From: Lytechinus pictus
Lineage: Eukaryota
Direction of reading: 5' to 3'
NCBI RefSeq assembly: GCF_037042905.1
Contig: NC_087249.1
Span: forward strand, 52,328,001 to 52,392,000
DNA: 64,000 nt
The notes beneath the pieces are model-generated. The model was not told where the DNA came from. It saw nothing but the letters and a program-made list of their open reading frames with translations, and made no database searches. The position numbers and the translations under genes are program-made. Below, piece by piece: positions 61,886 through 64,000 of this stretch (positions are counted from its first letter, which is position 1; every line of letters starts with the position of its first letter).

Positions 61886-62254
61886 AAATATAGAAAGTCA
61901 TATGTTCAAAGTAAAATAAATTTGGGAAGCAAAAAAGAAAAGGACAAAAAAGAGCAAAGAATATGAACAAAATATCCCCATTACAAATATTGCTGTGATT
62001 CTCATAAGGAGGTGGGGGGGGGGGGGGGGGGACTTAACTTTGTACGAACGACATTTTTTTTTTACATCCAAAATATTGACTATGAATCTCAAAAGGTGGA
62101 ACGGGCCAGAAATGCTCAACCCCCCCCCCCCCCCCGATCTGCCATTGATTCCAATCGATAATGACTTTTCCCTGCAATACTGATGCTTGAAATCAAGATA
62201 CTGAAGATTGATATATTGTAATATAAATTATGAACGTCTGACAAAAAGATAACC

Positions 62255-62364
62255 AACCGATCACCTGACCGATCAGCTGACCAGTACGTGAATCACATCG
62301 TAGTTGATCAGTCCCCACAGCGTTTGGAACGCTCACCAAGAATTCAAGAAAAAAGACTGAAAAT
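62255..62364 (+). other. candidate first exon of a downstream gene
   Basis: Repeated E-box-like ACCGATCA(C/G)CTGACC upstream and a strong AT|GTAAGT donor at 62364/62365; no product identifiable. Confidence 0.3.
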
Positions 62365-62662
62365 GTAAGTTTAACCTCAATCCATTAAATTTCAAATGTC
62401 GTAGAAGTTTCCTTATCATGTTTAAAACTAATTAATACCTAAATTGTTACCATCCACTATGTATTAAGGCGTACATTTGCCAAAGTTCTTGGGTGCAAAT
62501 AGAAACGGCAATGTCTAACCGGTTTTATCACTGATGTCGCCTATGAGGTCCATACATGTAATGTTTGGACCTCATTGGTACTAGGAGTGGTTTTCAGTGT
62601 GGAATTGTTAGATGTTTGTCGGAAAACATTGTTAGAAAGTTATACATGTATAATGCATTTTT

Positions 62663-62811
62663 GGCATTATCCTGGTTTACATGTAAGTCACAAGTCCATT
62701 CACTGCCGTTTATTTCGTCAGCGCTGGTGACTTCTTTCCTCTCCCATTGACTTTGTACACAACGAGTGCACACACACAAGAAGAGAGGTGACTAATTTTA
62801 CGATAAGGCCG
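62663..62811. mobile_element. Short dispersed repeat/MITE, copy 2
   Basis: Shares AGTCCATTCACTGCCGTTTATTTCGTCAGCG..CTCCCATTGACTTTGTACACAACGAG..ACGATAAGGCCG with 41773-41925. Confidence 0.7.
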
Positions 62812-64000
62812 CATTTTTAAACATTTCAGTGAGATTTCATCTTCTAGTCAAGCAACAGGCCTTTAGGGAAATGATTATAAATGCAAAATTTACATACAGA
62901 CATCATTTTCTGAAGTAGAAACTCCTTGCGAATGTCTGGGTATAGTTTTTACCATAATTTTCATTGACTGATATCATAACTTTGTTTCTTACCATTGTTG
63001 GTTACAGGAATAAGTATATCAAATACTCAAAATGATAGCATCAAGCAAGGAATTGTTAAAGCACCCTATCACATAAGCATGCATTATTACCGGGCTCTTT
63101 CTCAATGCACTGTACATGCTAAAATAAGCACATTCAATTCATCTATTCTGCATTTAAAGAATAGTTTCAAACTACTGATTCAAAACCCTCTTTTTCTATG
63201 AACAGTTTTGCCATTGTGTTTTGGAAGTGTGATCTTAAATTTTTGATTAATGATAGTGTGAATATAAATTGCAAATCCATTTTTTAAGGATTTATTTCAT
63301 CTTTTATCATGTGATGACTAATTTTGTGTAAACGTATGTCATGAAGAAAATCTGTGGACCAAAGGTGGGTTTACTGTGTAGGGGAGAGTAGCCTGGAGGC
63401 GTCTGGGGAGTAAAAGGAGTAAGCCTACGGGCATTTTCACCACAGATGGACACAGAGGCAAAAAAATCAAGTTGATATTCATGTCAAATGCTTTATGTTT
63501 TTTAATAAAACAAGACCTGAAGTTTCTGAGACACAAATTTTTCCGACTCTGGCAGCCATTTTTTATTTCAAAATGGCTGCCAAAGTATGGATACAAATTA
63601 GTGTTGAAAATAGCGTATTGATACATATTTTGTTTTGACAGATTTTTAAAGAACAGGTTTGATCATGATGTTTTCGCCTGTGATTTAGCTTGCTATTATA
63701 ACACTTTTTAAAATCCCACAGAAAGAAACACCAGTAATTCATTCATCTGATAAAAAAACACTGATGAAGTATGTGATATGGTATGTAATGTCAGTTACCG
63801 AAAACATGAACTTTTTTTTCTCATTTCCTGGAAAAGAGGATATATAATATGAAACTTGGTAGATTTCCTCTCTAGGTAACACCCCTCCCTTCTACACCAA
63901 AATTAAAGATTACCAATTAACAATGAAGCCATACGGTACCATTAAATATATGTAATGTCAGTTACCAAGTGGAGAATGTAATGTCAGTTACCGAGATGTA

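Overview
AT-rich, intron-rich animal genomic DNA. The repeat families suggest an invertebrate deuterostome such as a sea urchin, but the organism cannot be confirmed from the sequence. Three spliced protein-coding genes lie on the + strand, reconstructed by hand with consistent splice phases. (1) The 3' part of a furry (FRY/FRYL) gene: 12 coding exons, 6110-26295, about 953 aa visible. (2) A divergent TMEM184C-like/OST-alpha family transporter: 8 exons, 31492-37505, 510 aa. (3) An ELMOD2-like Arf/Arl-GAP: 8 coding exons, 45598-52094, 300 aa. Family calls rest on motifs recalled from memory, not on database searches. The main highlight is a possible splicing-control module in furry. It has a textbook minor-spliceosome AT-AC intron (10304-11339) whose retention would truncate the protein before the C-terminal domain. 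It also has a hidden 21-nt in-frame microexon candidate (15095-15115) flanked by QKI/branch-point, RBFOX and MBNL-type motifs and a stem-loop. Other highlights are a 4.9-kb non-coding foldback transposon with a 3-bp TSD, a hAT element carrying promoter-like motifs, a decayed Glu/Gln-rich reading frame split by a MITE, many nested MITEs, SINEs and L2-type fragments, and two assembly gaps.
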